A stretch of DNA of 59,827 nucleotides from an uncultured bacterium (GCA_964601505.1 CAZRNR010000007.1:1-59827); one strand, 5' to 3'; positions 7,590 through 18,730 are shown, counted from the stretch's first letter. The notes: a model not told the origin generated them from the sequence alone. Numbers and translations are program-made.

Positions 7590-9278
7590 ATGAAGAAGTT
7601 TGGTGAAATTCTCGAGACTCTCGGAGTTCCCAAAGATAAGATAGAGGAAGCTTTGAAAATTCAGAAGGAGAAATCAAATTACGGTAGGTTAGGAGAAATT
7701 TTGATGAAGATGGGGGTTATAAATTCTTACACTATTGTCAAGGCTTTGTCTATTCAGTTTGGTCTTGAAATGAAAGAGCGTATAAATAAAGAGGAAGTCC
7801 TTGATGAGATAACAAAAATATTTCCCCCGTATTTCCTTAAGGATTATAGATTTATCATTCTTAAGGTACCTAATTCAGAGTATATTTCTATTGTGTTAGA
7901 TGATCCAGCTAAAAACCATCTTATTTTAGATCTACAAAAGAAGTTCAAAAAAATGGTAAAGGTCTTTTTGGCTCCATCTGAAGAGATAGAAAAAGTTATA
8001 AATGAGGTTTATGGTTTTGGGGATACAATGGAAGTTTCGCGTGAAGTTGAAAAGGCTGAGGAGATATTTTCCTCCGATGAGATAATCGAGACAACCCGTG
8101 ATATCCTTGAGGAAAAAGGAGAAGCACCAATAATAAGGTTTGTCAATGCTTTGTTCTTTCAGGCTGTCAAGCAGGGATCTTCTGATATACATATAGAGCC
8201 CGCTGAAAAAGAGACAATAGTTAGAATGCGAATAGATGGTGTGCTTCACGAAATAATAAGAGTAAATAAAGTTCTTCATGATCCTATTGTCTCGAGAGTC
8301 AAGGTCATTTCTCGCTTAGACATAGCAGAAAAGCGTCTCCCACAAGATGGTAAAATAAAACTTAAGGTCGCTGGAAAAGATATAGATGTTAGAGTCTCTA
8401 CTCTGCCTACTGTCTTTGGAGAAAGAGTTTCTCTCAGAATACTTGATAGAACATCTACAATACTCAAAATAGAAGAATTAGGTATGGAAGATGACATGGT
8501 TCAGAAGGTCAGAAACTTGATAAAAAGAACATATGGTATGGTACTCATAACAGGACCAACAGGTTCTGGTAAAACTACAACCCTTTACGCCTGCCTTTCT
8601 GAGATAAATTCCCCTGAGATAAATATAATCACAATAGAAGATCCTATAGAGTATCAACTTAAGGGAATAAACCAGATTCAAGTAAATCCTAAAGTCGGTC
8701 TAACTTTTGCCGCTGGTCTGAGATCTATTTTAAGGCAAGACCCAGATGTGATTATGGTTGGGGAAATAAGAGATAGTGAGACAGCATCAATTGCAATACA
8801 CGCTGCTTTAACTGGACACCTTGTTTTTTCCACATTACACACAAATGATGCTCCAAGCGCTATTACAAGAATGATTGACATGGAGATTGAACCATATCTT
8901 ATATCATCTGCTGTTTTTGCGACAATGGCTCAAAGACTTGTCAGAAAAATTTGTCCAAAATGTAAAATCCGATACAAACCAGATATATCAGAGCTTGAGA
9001 TGATCTCTGTCAAAAGAGATGAACTTGAATTTGCCTATAAGGGAAGAGGATGTAAAGATTGCCTTGAAACTGGCTACAAAGGAAGAATAGGAATATTTGA
9101 ACTTTTTGTCATAGATGATGATATAAGAGAACTCATAAACAGAAAATCAGATTCTGTGAAGCTAAAAAATTTGGCCGTCAGTAAAGGTATGAGAACATTA
9201 CGTGAAGATGGTGTTATAAAAATAAAAAAAGGTATAACCACAATTCAGGAGGTTGCAAGAGTTATACAAGAGAGCTAA
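7590..9278 (+). CDS. gspE: GspE/PilB-family secretion/pilus assembly ATPase with N-terminal MshEN-like region
   Basis: SDIHIEP, RMRIDGVL, LPQDG, Walker A GPTGSGKTTTL, TIEDPIE, LRQDPDVIMVGEIRD, STLHTND, CPKC/CKDC zinc site. Confidence 0.9.
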   Translation: MKKFGEILETLGVPKDKIEEALKIQKEKSNYGRLGEILMKMGVINSYTIVKALSIQFGLEMKERINKEEVLDEITKIFPPYFLKDYRFIILKVPNSEYISIVLDDPAKNHLILDLQKKFKKMVKVFLAPSEEIEKVINEVYGFGDTMEVSREVEKAEEIFSSDEIIETTRDILEEKGEAPIIRFVNALFFQAVKQGSSDIHIEPAEKETIVRMRIDGVLHEIIRVNKVLHDPIVSRVKVISRLDIAEKRLPQDGKIKLKVAGKDIDVRVSTLPTVFGERVSLRILDRTSTILKIEELGMEDDMVQKVRNLIKRTYGMVLITGPTGSGKTTTLYACLSEINSPEINIITIEDPIEYQLKGINQIQVNPKVGLTFAAGLRSILRQDPDVIMVGEIRDSETASIAIHAALTGHLVFSTLHTNDAPSAITRMIDMEIEPYLISSAVFATMAQRLVRKICPKCKIRYKPDISELEMISVKRDELEFAYKGRGCKDCLETGYKGRIGIFELFVIDDDIRELINRKSDSVKLKNLAVSKGMRTLREDGVIKIKKGITTIQEVARVIQES

Positions 9279-9317
9279 TAATTTTGAATTTCAGCTATCA
9301 TATTTAGCTCAAAATCA

Positions 9318-9662
9318 TTATCCGGGAGGCCATCTCATCTGTCTTCCTCCTATAAGATGGAAATGTAAATGATAAACTGTTTGCCCACCATAAGGATTTG
9401 TATTTACAACTATTCTGAATCCCTTTTCTCCAATACCCATATCATCTGCTATTTTGTTACATGTTTTAATTATTGAAAACAGTAAGTCTTTATCATCTTC
9501 ATTCACTTCTCTTATTGTCATGATGTGCTTTTTAGGAATAACTAATATATGTATGGGAGCTTGAGGATTTATATCATGAAATGCCAGAACTTTCTCATCT
9601 TCATAGACTTTTCTTGAAGATATTTCTCCATTGACTATCTTGCAAAATATGCAACTTTGCAT
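9318..9662 (-). CDS. hinT: HIT family nucleotide-binding protein (HinT-like)
   Basis: CIFCKI, AFHDINPQAPIHILVIPKKH, GGQTVYHLHFHLIGGR, WPPG; start set at MQSCIFC. Confidence 0.92.
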   Translation of the reverse strand: MQSCIFCKIVNGEISSRKVYEDEKVLAFHDINPQAPIHILVIPKKHIMTIREVNEDDKDLLFSIIKTCNKIADDMGIGEKGFRIVVNTNPYGGQTVYHLHFHLIGGRQMRWPPG

Positions 9663-10032
9663 TTTCAAAAATCTTAAGACAAAACTAACTATTTTCCAGA
9701 AAAACTGTTTTTTGCCAAAATTAGACAACAAAAATCTTCTAAAAGCTGGATTGTGTATCCAATTCATCTATCCAAAAAAATTAATAATATTCTAATATTT
9801 CACCTTGAAAAGTTTGGAAAATTAATGTTAGACATAATTGTTAGTATCAATTATTTATCTAGATCTAATGAATAAATCAATTCAATATTGTCTGTTGATT
9901 CTCTAAATTTGGAAGTTTCTACGGATCAACTTGGTTTTTATCAGAACGGATATTTATCCTGTATATCTCAGATTTTATAAATCATTTCTGAAAATGCTTC
10001 TTCATATTTTTTGATGGAAAAAATCAAATAAG

Positions 10033-11025
10033 ATGAAAACACTTGTAACGGGAGCTACTGGTTTTGTCGGGCAAAATCTTATCTCAGAACTTCTGAAGAA
10101 AGGTTATTCTGTTTCTGTATTGGTTAGATCAAAGAAGAAAATAGAATCTTTGGAAGATGAGATTGAGATAATAGAAGGAGATATAACAGATCCGCGAAGT
10201 ATCAATCCAAGAATATTTAGGGGTGTTGATGTTGTCTTTCATATAGCGGGTCTAATATCAGCATTTCGTGAGGAAGAATATATGAAAGTAAATTTTTTGG
10301 GAACAAAAAACCTTGTCCAAATGATTATAGACTCAGGATATAAACCAAAGTTTATATATACATCTTCATTGGCAGCTGTAGGTCCAGGTAAAGATACTAA
10401 CTCCGTCATAACTGAAGATGATCCTCCACATCCAGTTGATTTCTATGGTAAATCAAAGAGAAAGGCAGAAGAATTCTTGATCCTTATGAAAAATAGCATA
10501 AATTCTGTTATACTCAGACCAACGGCTATATATGGGTATCTAGATAAAGCTCTCCTTTCTCTTTTTGATATATCTTTAAAGTTAGCTTTCCCTGTGATTA
10601 AAGATTCAGTAATATCAGTTATCCATGTTTCAGATGTCGTTAAGGCCCATATACTTGCAGCAGAAAAAGAAACAAAATCTGCCGAAATATTTAATCTTTC
10701 AGATGGCCATAGATATACTATGGAGGAGATTTTCAATATAATAAATCAGATCTTGCTTGAACAATTCTCTCGTAGAATGAGAAAACTAGTTGTACCAAGA
10801 AAATTTATTTTATATATATCTTACATTATGAGGTTGATCCCACCAAAGTTGGGGGAAAGTTTAAAAATCGTATCACCTGATACAATCCTAAGATTATGTC
10901 AGAAGAGCTGGTTCTGCACCTACGAGAAAGCCGAAAAATATCTTGGCTTTAGCCCATCATATTATGCAAGGGAGGGTTTGAAGCAGTCATTACTCTGGTA
11001 TATGAAAAAAAGCACTTTTGCATAA
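10033..11025 (+). CDS. NAD-dependent epimerase/dehydratase (extended SDR)
   Basis: VTGATGFVG, YTSSLAA, YGKSK catalytic motif. Confidence 0.88.
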   Translation: MKTLVTGATGFVGQNLISELLKKGYSVSVLVRSKKKIESLEDEIEIIEGDITDPRSINPRIFRGVDVVFHIAGLISAFREEEYMKVNFLGTKNLVQMIIDSGYKPKFIYTSSLAAVGPGKDTNSVITEDDPPHPVDFYGKSKRKAEEFLILMKNSINSVILRPTAIYGYLDKALLSLFDISLKLAFPVIKDSVISVIHVSDVVKAHILAAEKETKSAEIFNLSDGHRYTMEEIFNIINQILLEQFSRRMRKLVVPRKFILYISYIMRLIPPKLGESLKIVSPDTILRLCQKSWFCTYEKAEKYLGFSPSYYAREGLKQSLLWYMKKSTFA

Positions 11026-11073
11026 ACTCCACAATATTCCTAAAATCTAATATAATAGCCCTATTAGAAGATT

Positions 11074-12057
11074 ATGATAAAAGTCTCACTGGTTGGTCTG
11101 GGATATTGGGGACCTAACTTGCTGCGGAACTTATACAATCACGAAAATATATCAATAGTGTCAATATGCGATATTGATAAGGAGAAAGTCGAAAAGTTTT
11201 TGAATCTGTATCCAAAAGTTGCTAAGGGCACAACAGATTTCCAAGATGTGCTTAAAGACGATTCCTCCCTTGCGATCATAGCAACGCCTCCAGAACTCCA
11301 TTACGAGCAAGCAAAAGCATCTTTACTTTCTGGCAAGCATGTTCTTGTTGCAAAACCTTTTACCACAGACTCCAAAAAGGCAGAAGAACTCATAAATATT
11401 GCGGAAAGCAAAAATCTTAAAATTTTCATAGATCACACTTTTGTTTTCCATCCCGTGACAAATAAAATAAAGAATATTCTGAATTCTGGAGAATTAGGTA
11501 GGACTATATATTTTGATAGTGAAAGGTTAAGGGGTATCTATCAAAGGAATATGGATGTGATATGGGATCTGGCAGTTCATGATTTTTCTATTTTGCTACA
11601 TCTTGGATTCAAGATAAAAATAGAGGATGTCATATCAAAAAATCTTTATGGAAAAAAAGAAAGGGATATGGCTCATATATCTTTCTCATCTGATGATGGA
11701 ATAATAGGTCATATATATGTTAATTGGTTCTCTCCACTTAAAATAAGAAAGATATTAATTGGTTGTGAAAGAGGACTTATATTATGGGACGATGTTCACC
11801 CTTTTGAAAAGCTCAAGATCTTCTATTATGAGGAGAACTTAAGAGTGCAAGATTTTGAAAATCCATTCTTCCCAACTTTTATATCCGGGGATGTTAGAAT
11901 AGTGAAGATTGAAAATAAGGAAACATTGTCTATAGAGATTGATAAGATTGTTAGATCTATTGAACATAATATTCCATTTGAATCTGATGGGAAATTTGGC
12001 CTTGAAGTTTTGAAACTTCTTGAATATTGTGAAAGGCTACAGAAGCCAGAAAAATAG
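11074..12057 (+). CDS. Gfo/Idh/MocA family oxidoreductase (WbpB-like sugar dehydrogenase)
   Basis: VGLGYWGPNLLRN, IATPPELH, HVLVAKP, IWDLAVHD. Confidence 0.87.
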   Translation: MIKVSLVGLGYWGPNLLRNLYNHENISIVSICDIDKEKVEKFLNLYPKVAKGTTDFQDVLKDDSSLAIIATPPELHYEQAKASLLSGKHVLVAKPFTTDSKKAEELINIAESKNLKIFIDHTFVFHPVTNKIKNILNSGELGRTIYFDSERLRGIYQRNMDVIWDLAVHDFSILLHLGFKIKIEDVISKNLYGKKERDMAHISFSSDDGIIGHIYVNWFSPLKIRKILIGCERGLILWDDVHPFEKLKIFYYEENLRVQDFENPFFPTFISGDVRIVKIENKETLSIEIDKIVRSIEHNIPFESDGKFGLEVLKLLEYCERLQKPEK

Positions 12058-12081
12058 AATAATTTGCTATAAATTAGAAAA

Positions 12082-12813
12082 ATGAAGATCATTTCTATAA
12101 TACCTGTTTTCAATGAAGAAAAAGCCATTGATAAAATAGTTAGCCGTTTCCGCAAGGGAATTGTAGATTTGATACTTTTTATAGATGATGGTTCAACTGA
12201 TTCCTCTCTTGATAAAATAAAGATGCTTTCAAATTCAGATGTTGGTGGAGAACTGAATATAAGATATATATCCCATCAAAAAAACGAAGGAGTTGGAGCG
12301 GCTATAAGAACTGGGATAGAATACGCAATTGATAATAAATACGATATAATCAATGTGATGGCTGGTAACGGAAAAGATGATCCTGCCGAAATTCCTATGT
12401 TAGTTCATCCGATAATTTCTGATGGATATGATTATGTCCAGGGGTCAAGATTTCTAGAGGGGGGGCGGTGGGATAACTTACCTTTGGCAAGATATATAGG
12501 CATAAAACTTTATTCTTATGCCTGGACTGTTCTGACCGGTAAGAAAATAACAGATGTATCAAATGGATTCAGAGCATACAAAGCATCTTTATTTTCAGAC
12601 AAAAGAATAAACATATGGCAGGAATGGCTTTCGAGATATGAGTTGGAGCTTTACATTCATTATAAAGTCATTACACTTGGATACAAATTTAAAGAGGTTC
12701 CGGTATCAAAAATATACCCTTTAAGCGGTAAATATACAAAGATAAGACCATTTATTGACTGGTGGAGAATTTTGAGACCCCTTATATATTTGAAACTGGG
12801 AATTAAAGATTGA
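12082..12813 (+). CDS. GT2 glycosyltransferase, polyprenol-phosphate-sugar synthase-like
   Basis: IIPVFNEE, IDDGSTD, NEGVGAA, VQGSRF, DVSNGFRAY. Confidence 0.85.
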   Translation: MKIISIIPVFNEEKAIDKIVSRFRKGIVDLILFIDDGSTDSSLDKIKMLSNSDVGGELNIRYISHQKNEGVGAAIRTGIEYAIDNKYDIINVMAGNGKDDPAEIPMLVHPIISDGYDYVQGSRFLEGGRWDNLPLARYIGIKLYSYAWTVLTGKKITDVSNGFRAYKASLFSDKRINIWQEWLSRYELELYIHYKVITLGYKFKEVPVSKIYPLSGKYTKIRPFIDWWRILRPLIYLKLGIKD

Positions 12814-12828
12814 GATTATATAGATAAA

Positions 12829-13440
12829 ATGGGAGAAAGGTTTTTCCATAAACTTGCACTTGTGGAGAGCGATGATATTGGAGAGGGAACAAGAATCTGG
12901 GCTTTTACACATGTAATGAAAGGAGCTAAAATAGGAAAATACTGCAATATAGGAGAACACTGTTATATTGAATCAGGGGTTATTATCGGGGATTATTGCA
13001 CTGTCAAAAACGGAATATGCCTTTGGGATGGAATAGTTCTTGAGGATTATGTTTTCTTGGGACCTTGTGCTGTTTTCACAAATGATAAGTATCCAAGAAG
13101 TAGAAATAAAGATTGGGAGTTGAGAAAAACTCTGATAAAAAGAAATGCCACTGTTGGAGCAGGAGCTATTATCCTGTGCGGTATTGAGATAGGAACATAT
13201 TCTTTGGTTGGGGCGGGAGCTGTTGTTACAAAATCGGTCCCAGACTTTGCTGTTGTCGTTGGTAATCCAGCAAGAGTTGTTGGATATTCCTGTACCTGTG
13301 GTAAAGTTATACTGCGTATGAGTGAGAAAGGGAAATTTAAAAATGCAAAGGTTATCTGTCCAAAATGCTCATCAGAATTCTTATATAAAAATGGATCATT
13401 CCTACCGATTTCCAGTATTAGTACCGAACACAGAAAATAG
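12829..13440 (+). CDS. Hexapeptide-repeat sugar N-acetyltransferase (WbpD-like) with C-terminal Cys motif
   Basis: IGEGTRIWAFTHV, FTNDKYPRS, GAGAVVTKSVP, VGNPAR, CTCG..CPKC. Confidence 0.85.
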   Translation: MGERFFHKLALVESDDIGEGTRIWAFTHVMKGAKIGKYCNIGEHCYIESGVIIGDYCTVKNGICLWDGIVLEDYVFLGPCAVFTNDKYPRSRNKDWELRKTLIKRNATVGAGAIILCGIEIGTYSLVGAGAVVTKSVPDFAVVVGNPARVVGYSCTCGKVILRMSEKGKFKNAKVICPKCSSEFLYKNGSFLPISSISTEHRK

Positions 13441-13518
13441 AGTTAACACAGATACAAAATTGATCAGCTTTTAATTAATATCAAAAACGTTTTTCGCAAG
13501 ACAGAAATATTTTTGTTT

Positions 13519-14472
13519 TCAGCTTTGAGCTTCTTTCAGAACTTCCTGCATGATTTCTGTCATGTTTTCCTTCGGTGGAGCATTCTTCAACATATCTCTT
13601 ACAACATCATCAAGCTCTTCTGGATTCCAATATTCTTTTTTGCTCTTCTTTCTCATCGCAACAGATCTCCATCCGCTCATAAGCCATATCATATTCCCAA
13701 CTACTCTGAACACCTGTCCTGTGATTCCTGCAGATTTATCTGAAGCAAGATAAACTACCAATGGGGCTATAGATTTAGGATTGAGCACATCAAATGGAGC
13801 GTTTTCTACCATTTGGAATATTGCTGCAAGCTGCGGGGTAGCATCTGTTGTAAGCCTTGTTCTGGCAATTGGAGCAATTGCATTTACAGTGACATTATAT
13901 TTTGCCATTTCTTCTGCCAAAATTATTGTGAATGCAGCTATTGCTGCCTTGGCTGAACCATAATTAGACTGACCTATATTACCAAGAAGTCCAGCATCTG
14001 ATGTTGTGTTTATTATTCTACCTGAAACGGTTCTTCCCTCTTTAGCTTGCTGTCTCCACCAAACACAGGCATGATGTGAGCAGTTGAAAGTTCCCTTCAA
14101 ATGAACTGCTATTATTTTATCCCAATCTTCCTCCGACATATTGAATATCATTTTGTCTCGCAGAATCCCTGCGTTGTTGACAAGAATATCTATCTTCCCA
14201 AACTTTTCTATCGCCGTGTATATTATCCGTTTAGCACCTTCAAAACTATCAACAAAATCATAATTTGCAACAGCTTCTCCTCCCATTTTCTTTATCTCTT
14301 CAACAACCTCATCTGCAACTTTAGATTCTCTTCCCTCACCCGCATATGAAACACCAGGATCATTTACTACAACTTTCGCTCCATTTTCTGCAAGCAAAAG
14401 AGCTTCTTCTCTTCCTATACCTCTTCCTGCTCCTGTAACTACTGCTACTTTTCCCTCAAGAAGTTTTGCCAT
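13519..14472 (-). CDS. SDR family oxidoreductase (3-hydroxyacyl-CoA dehydrogenase-like)
   Basis: VTGAGRGIG, NNAGILRD, GQSNYGSAK; SD GGAGG. Confidence 0.88.
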   Translation of the reverse strand: MAKLLEGKVAVVTGAGRGIGREEALLLAENGAKVVVNDPGVSYAGEGRESKVADEVVEEIKKMGGEAVANYDFVDSFEGAKRIIYTAIEKFGKIDILVNNAGILRDKMIFNMSEEDWDKIIAVHLKGTFNCSHHACVWWRQQAKEGRTVSGRIINTTSDAGLLGNIGQSNYGSAKAAIAAFTIILAEEMAKYNVTVNAIAPIARTRLTTDATPQLAAIFQMVENAPFDVLNPKSIAPLVVYLASDKSAGITGQVFRVVGNMIWLMSGWRSVAMRKKSKKEYWNPEELDDVVRDMLKNAPPKENMTEIMQEVLKEAQS

Positions 14473-14557
14473 AACGATTTACCTCCAATAGGAACAAAAC
14501 TTTAATCTCTTTTATTCCTTTTATGTTTTTTCAGGTTTTTACGATTTGTTTAACATA

Positions 14558-15151
14558 TTACTTCTGAGCAGACTCGTATCTCCTCTGAACTACATCCCAA
14601 TCGATAGCATTGAAGAATGCCTCTATATAGTCAGCTCTTTTTAATCCGTAATCAATCATGAAAGCATGTTCAAAAACATCCATAATAAGTATTATTGAAC
14701 AACCAGAAAGATGTCCGACATCATGCTCATTTATCCATGTGTTGAACATTCGCCCTGCAACTGGTTCAAAGTATAGAACAGTCCATCCTATACCGCGCAT
14801 GGCACCGGTTGATTTGAACTCCTTCTGCCAGTCTTCAAATGAACCAAAGTCTTCTTGAATTTTCTTGTAAAACTTCCCACCTTTATCTATTTCCTTTTTA
14901 TTTTTGGTCATGTTCTCAAAATAGTATTCGTGAAGCCTCATACCGTTGAATTCCCATCCAAACCTTCTTTTAAGCTCGGCGAATTCTGGAGTTCCTGCCT
15001 TACCTTCCTTCACCATCTGACTCAGTGCTTCATATAACTTGTTTGTGTTTGTCACATACCCCTGGTATAATGTAAAATGATTCTTAAGAAGCTGTTCAGA
15101 AAAACCCGGTGTTCCAATCAGGTTTTCAAAGTTTTTTGCTTGGTATATCAT
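14558..15151 (-). CDS. Fe/Mn superoxide dismutase
   Basis: NHFTLYQGYV, LHEYYF, GAMRGIGW, MDVFEHAF metal ligands; SD AGGAGG. Confidence 0.88.
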   Translation of the reverse strand: MIYQAKNFENLIGTPGFSEQLLKNHFTLYQGYVTNTNKLYEALSQMVKEGKAGTPEFAELKRRFGWEFNGMRLHEYYFENMTKNKKEIDKGGKFYKKIQEDFGSFEDWQKEFKSTGAMRGIGWTVLYFEPVAGRMFNTWINEHDVGHLSGCSIILIMDVFEHAFMIDYGLKRADYIEAFFNAIDWDVVQRRYESAQK

Positions 15152-15523
15152 ATTAAAGTACCTCCTTTTTGAAAATCACTTTAAAATACTATGTTCTAGG
15201 ATATCTTTCATAAAATCAGAAAGATTTTAAATATTTGCCGATGTCCTAGAATTAATGTATTTCTTGTATTTTCCTTTATCTTACTTTTTGAGAAAAAATC
15301 AAAGGAATAAAGTTATCTAAAGTGATGAATTTAATTCAGGAGAAATTATCACAACGCTAAAGTTTCATGGGGAACTATATCTGAAAAATTTGTTTATCTT
15401 TTATTGATTTGTATTTTGGATTCTCACAATTGTCAGCTTTGATAATTAAAGATACAGAAAATTTCTGGCGCTTTAGAACTCATTTTCTGATTCATTTAAC
15501 ATAACAAGGGAGGAGGATGAAAT

Positions 15524-16525
15524 ATGTCGCAGATTAACATATATTATGAAAAGGATGCGGATCTCTCTTGGATAAAGGATAAAAAAGTTGGAGTAGTTGG
15601 TTTTGGAAGTCAAGGACATGCTCATGCTCTGAATTTAAAAGATTCGGGAGTAAGAGTTGCTGTTGGTTTGAGAAAGGGGAGTCTTTCTTGGGATACTGTC
15701 AAAAGTATGGGACTTGAACCTATGGAAGTAGAGGATCTAGCACATTGGGCAGATATAATCATGATGCTTATACCAGATGAGGAACAACCCGCTATATACA
15801 AGGAAAAAATTAGTAAATATCTCACAAAAGGAAAATATCTTGCTTTCGCTCACGGTTTCAATATTCATTTCAAACAAATTGTTCCGCCTGAGTATGTAAA
15901 TGTTTTTATGGTAGCTCCAAAGGGACCTGGGAAACTTGTGAGGGATGAGTTCAAAAAGGGTAGAGGAGTTCCTGCTCTGCTTGCTGTATATCAAGATTAT
16001 TCAAAAGATACCAAATCTGTTGCTCTAGCTTATGCTAAGGGAATAGGCGCAACAAGAGCAGGAGTCATAGAAACAACTTTCAAAGATGAAACGGAAACCG
16101 ATCTCTTTGGAGAACAGTCCGTTCTTTGCGGGGGACTTACTTCTCTTATGAGAGCTGGGTTTGAAACACTTGTTGAGGCTGGTTATCCTCCAGAGCTCGC
16201 TTACTTTGAATGCATACACGAAATGAAGCTGATAGTTGACCTTATATATGAAGGTGGATTCAAAATGATGAGAAAGTTTATTTCAAATACAGCAAAATAT
16301 GGTGATCTGACTCGCGGTCCTAGGATCATAGATGAGAATGTCAAGAAAAAGATGAAAGAAATTTTGGATGAGATTAAATCTGGAAGGTTTGCAAAGGAAT
16401 GGATCCTTGAAAACTCTGCTGGAAGGCCGGTTTTCTACGCTCTTTTGAGAGAGTGGGAAAATATTGAGGCGGAAGATGTAGGAGAAAAACTCAGAGGAAT
16501 GATGCCTTGGTTGAAAAAAGATTGA
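15524..16525 (+). CDS. ilvC: Ketol-acid reductoisomerase
   Basis: [58 protein letters not shown]. Confidence 0.97.
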   Translation: MSQINIYYEKDADLSWIKDKKVGVVGFGSQGHAHALNLKDSGVRVAVGLRKGSLSWDTVKSMGLEPMEVEDLAHWADIIMMLIPDEEQPAIYKEKISKYLTKGKYLAFAHGFNIHFKQIVPPEYVNVFMVAPKGPGKLVRDEFKKGRGVPALLAVYQDYSKDTKSVALAYAKGIGATRAGVIETTFKDETETDLFGEQSVLCGGLTSLMRAGFETLVEAGYPPELAYFECIHEMKLIVDLIYEGGFKMMRKFISNTAKYGDLTRGPRIIDENVKKKMKEILDEIKSGRFAKEWILENSAGRPVFYALLREWENIEAEDVGEKLRGMMPWLKKD

Positions 16526-17663
16526 AACCTGAACTCTTACTCAACCTGTTTGCACCATATAACTTTTCAGCAATTATAATAAGTCTTACGGTCAGCCCAT
16601 CTATTATAGGTATATGCTCTTCCTTTATTCTAATTCTTCGCTCATCAATTATTAGAAAATCTCTATAATCCTGAACCATCTTGAGGAATTCGGAAATACT
16701 TATATTAAAATATTCAAGCTCACCCAAATCAAGACCATCTCTAATTTTTCTCAAACCTAAAAATATGATTTCCTCTATTGCTTTGAATCCTGTTATATCT
16801 TCTGAAAACTCAATTGGTAAATCCCTGTTATTTATTTTTTCATAATACTTTTTGAGGTTTTTCATATTGCAAAATCTTCTGTTTCCAATCTTTGACCAAG
16901 CAGAAGCTCCAATTCCAAGAAAATCCTCCCTATTCCAGTATAACATGTTGTGTTGGCATTCATTGTTTGGTTTTGCAAAATTTGAAACCTCATATCTTAA
17001 AAAACCTTTTTCAGTAGCGTATCTTTGAACCTGAAAAAAATCATGGGCATCTTCTAGAACCTTTAGCTTTTCTTTGGAGATAATCTTGGAAAGTGGCGTA
17101 TTCTCGTGTATCTCAAGAAGGTAACAAGATATATGATTGACTCCCATATTGATAACTGTTTTAATATCTTCAAGGTGTTCCTCAGGCTTTTGTTCCGGTA
17201 TACCAAAGATAAGATCTCCATTTACAGAGAAATATTTACTTGCTCTTTCTAAAGATAATTTTGCCTCCAAAGGTGTGTGTATCCTTCCAAGAAATCTCAA
17301 ATATTTCTCATAGAATGTTTGAATACCGAATGATATCCTCGTTGCAAAGCTGAATTTATGGGGATCAAAATCATAAGCTGGATTGGCTTCAACTGTTATT
17401 TCCTTTATTATTGAAGAAAACCTGGATATTATATCTACTATCTTCCCTATTTCTTTAGGAAATAAACTTGGGGTCCCTCCACCAAAATATATAGTTTCTA
17501 CGAATGAAAGATCATATATTTGTATATACATCTGTAGCTCTTTTTCAATGGCTTCAAAATATTCCTTTGCATATTCGGATTTCGGATCTATACCAGAGAG
17601 AAAATCACAATAATAACACTTGTTCAAACAAAAAGGAACATGAATGTATATCCCTTTTATCAT
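16491..17663 (-). CDS. hemW: Radical SAM heme chaperone HemW (HemN-like)
   Basis: [43 protein letters not shown]. Confidence 0.88.
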   Translation of the reverse strand: MIKGIYIHVPFCLNKCYYCDFLSGIDPKSEYAKEYFEAIEKELQMYIQIYDLSFVETIYFGGGTPSLFPKEIGKIVDIISRFSSIIKEITVEANPAYDFDPHKFSFATRISFGIQTFYEKYLRFLGRIHTPLEAKLSLERASKYFSVNGDLIFGIPEQKPEEHLEDIKTVINMGVNHISCYLLEIHENTPLSKIISKEKLKVLEDAHDFFQVQRYATEKGFLRYEVSNFAKPNNECQHNMLYWNREDFLGIGASAWSKIGNRRFCNMKNLKKYYEKINNRDLPIEFSEDITGFKAIEEIIFLGLRKIRDGLDLGELEYFNISISEFLKMVQDYRDFLIIDERRIRIKEEHIPIIDGLTVRLIIIAEKLYGANRLSKSSGFNLFSTKASFL

Positions 17664-17776
17664 AAATTATCAATAAGAATAAATAATAATAAAAAAATAA
17701 AATTTTATGAGGATAAACAAAACCTAAAATCGATTATTTTGTACAGAAGATTTAATTAGAATTGAAAGGGGAAAAA

Positions 17777-18730
17777 ATGAAAGAAAAAAAGATATCAATC
17801 GTTATACCAGTTTACAATGAAAAAGAGAATATAGAAGAACTGTATGAAAAAGTTAAAAAATCTCTTGATCTTGAGGGATATAACTATGAGCTAATATTTG
17901 TTGATGATGGAAGTATTGATGATTCATGGGTAGTGATAAAGAATATCGCTGATAAAGACAAAAGAGTCAGAGGTTTAAAGCTTTCCAGGAACTACGGTCA
18001 AACTTTTGCCCTTTATGCTGGATTCCAGGAAGCAAAAGGAGATATCATAATAACAATGGATGCTGATCTGCAGAACGATCCAGATGACATAGGAGATCTT
18101 ATGAAAGAAATGGAAAAAGGTTATGATATAGTAAGTGGTTGGAGGAAAGAAAGGAAAGATCCATTTTTTACCAAGATTTTGCCATCAAAAATAGCAAATT
18201 TCCTTATTTCTCTTATAACAGGGGTAAAGCTAAAAGACTATGGATGTACATTGAAAGCCTATAAAGCAGATGTTATCAAAGGTATAAAACTTTATGGAGA
18301 AATGCACAGGTTTTTACCTGCTCTTTGTGCATTTGAAGGAGCCAAGATAAGTGAAATCCCAGTCAGACATCATAGAAGAAAAAAGGGAAAAAGTAAATAC
18401 GGACTCACACGGACTTTTAAAGTTATTCTTGATCTCTTTACTGTCAAGTTTATGGGAAGTTTTTTTCTCAAGCCTATATACTTTTTTGGGGGTGTTGGAC
18501 TTTTCCTTTGTTTTATAGGTGTGCTATTTGCTCTCTGGACTCTATATGATAAATATTTCCTTGGGGTCTTTGTTCATAGAAACCCAAAGATTCTAATATC
18601 TTTTATGTTCTTCCCGATGGGGGTTCAGTTCATACTTATGGGAATTATAATGGAAGTCCTGATAAGAAATTATTTTGAATCTCAGAATAAATTACCGTAC
18701 AATATAAAAGAAAGATATGGTGGAGACTGA
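17777..18730 (+). CDS. GT2 glycosyltransferase, ArnC/YkcC-like, with two C-terminal TM helices
   Basis: VIPVYNE, VDDGSID, RNYGQ, MDADLQNDP, YGEMHRFLP, GKSKYG. Confidence 0.88.
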   Translation: MKEKKISIVIPVYNEKENIEELYEKVKKSLDLEGYNYELIFVDDGSIDDSWVVIKNIADKDKRVRGLKLSRNYGQTFALYAGFQEAKGDIIITMDADLQNDPDDIGDLMKEMEKGYDIVSGWRKERKDPFFTKILPSKIANFLISLITGVKLKDYGCTLKAYKADVIKGIKLYGEMHRFLPALCAFEGAKISEIPVRHHRRKKGKSKYGLTRTFKVILDLFTVKFMGSFFLKPIYFFGGVGLFLCFIGVLFALWTLYDKYFLGVFVHRNPKILISFMFFPMGVQFILMGIIMEVLIRNYFESQNKLPYNIKERYGGD

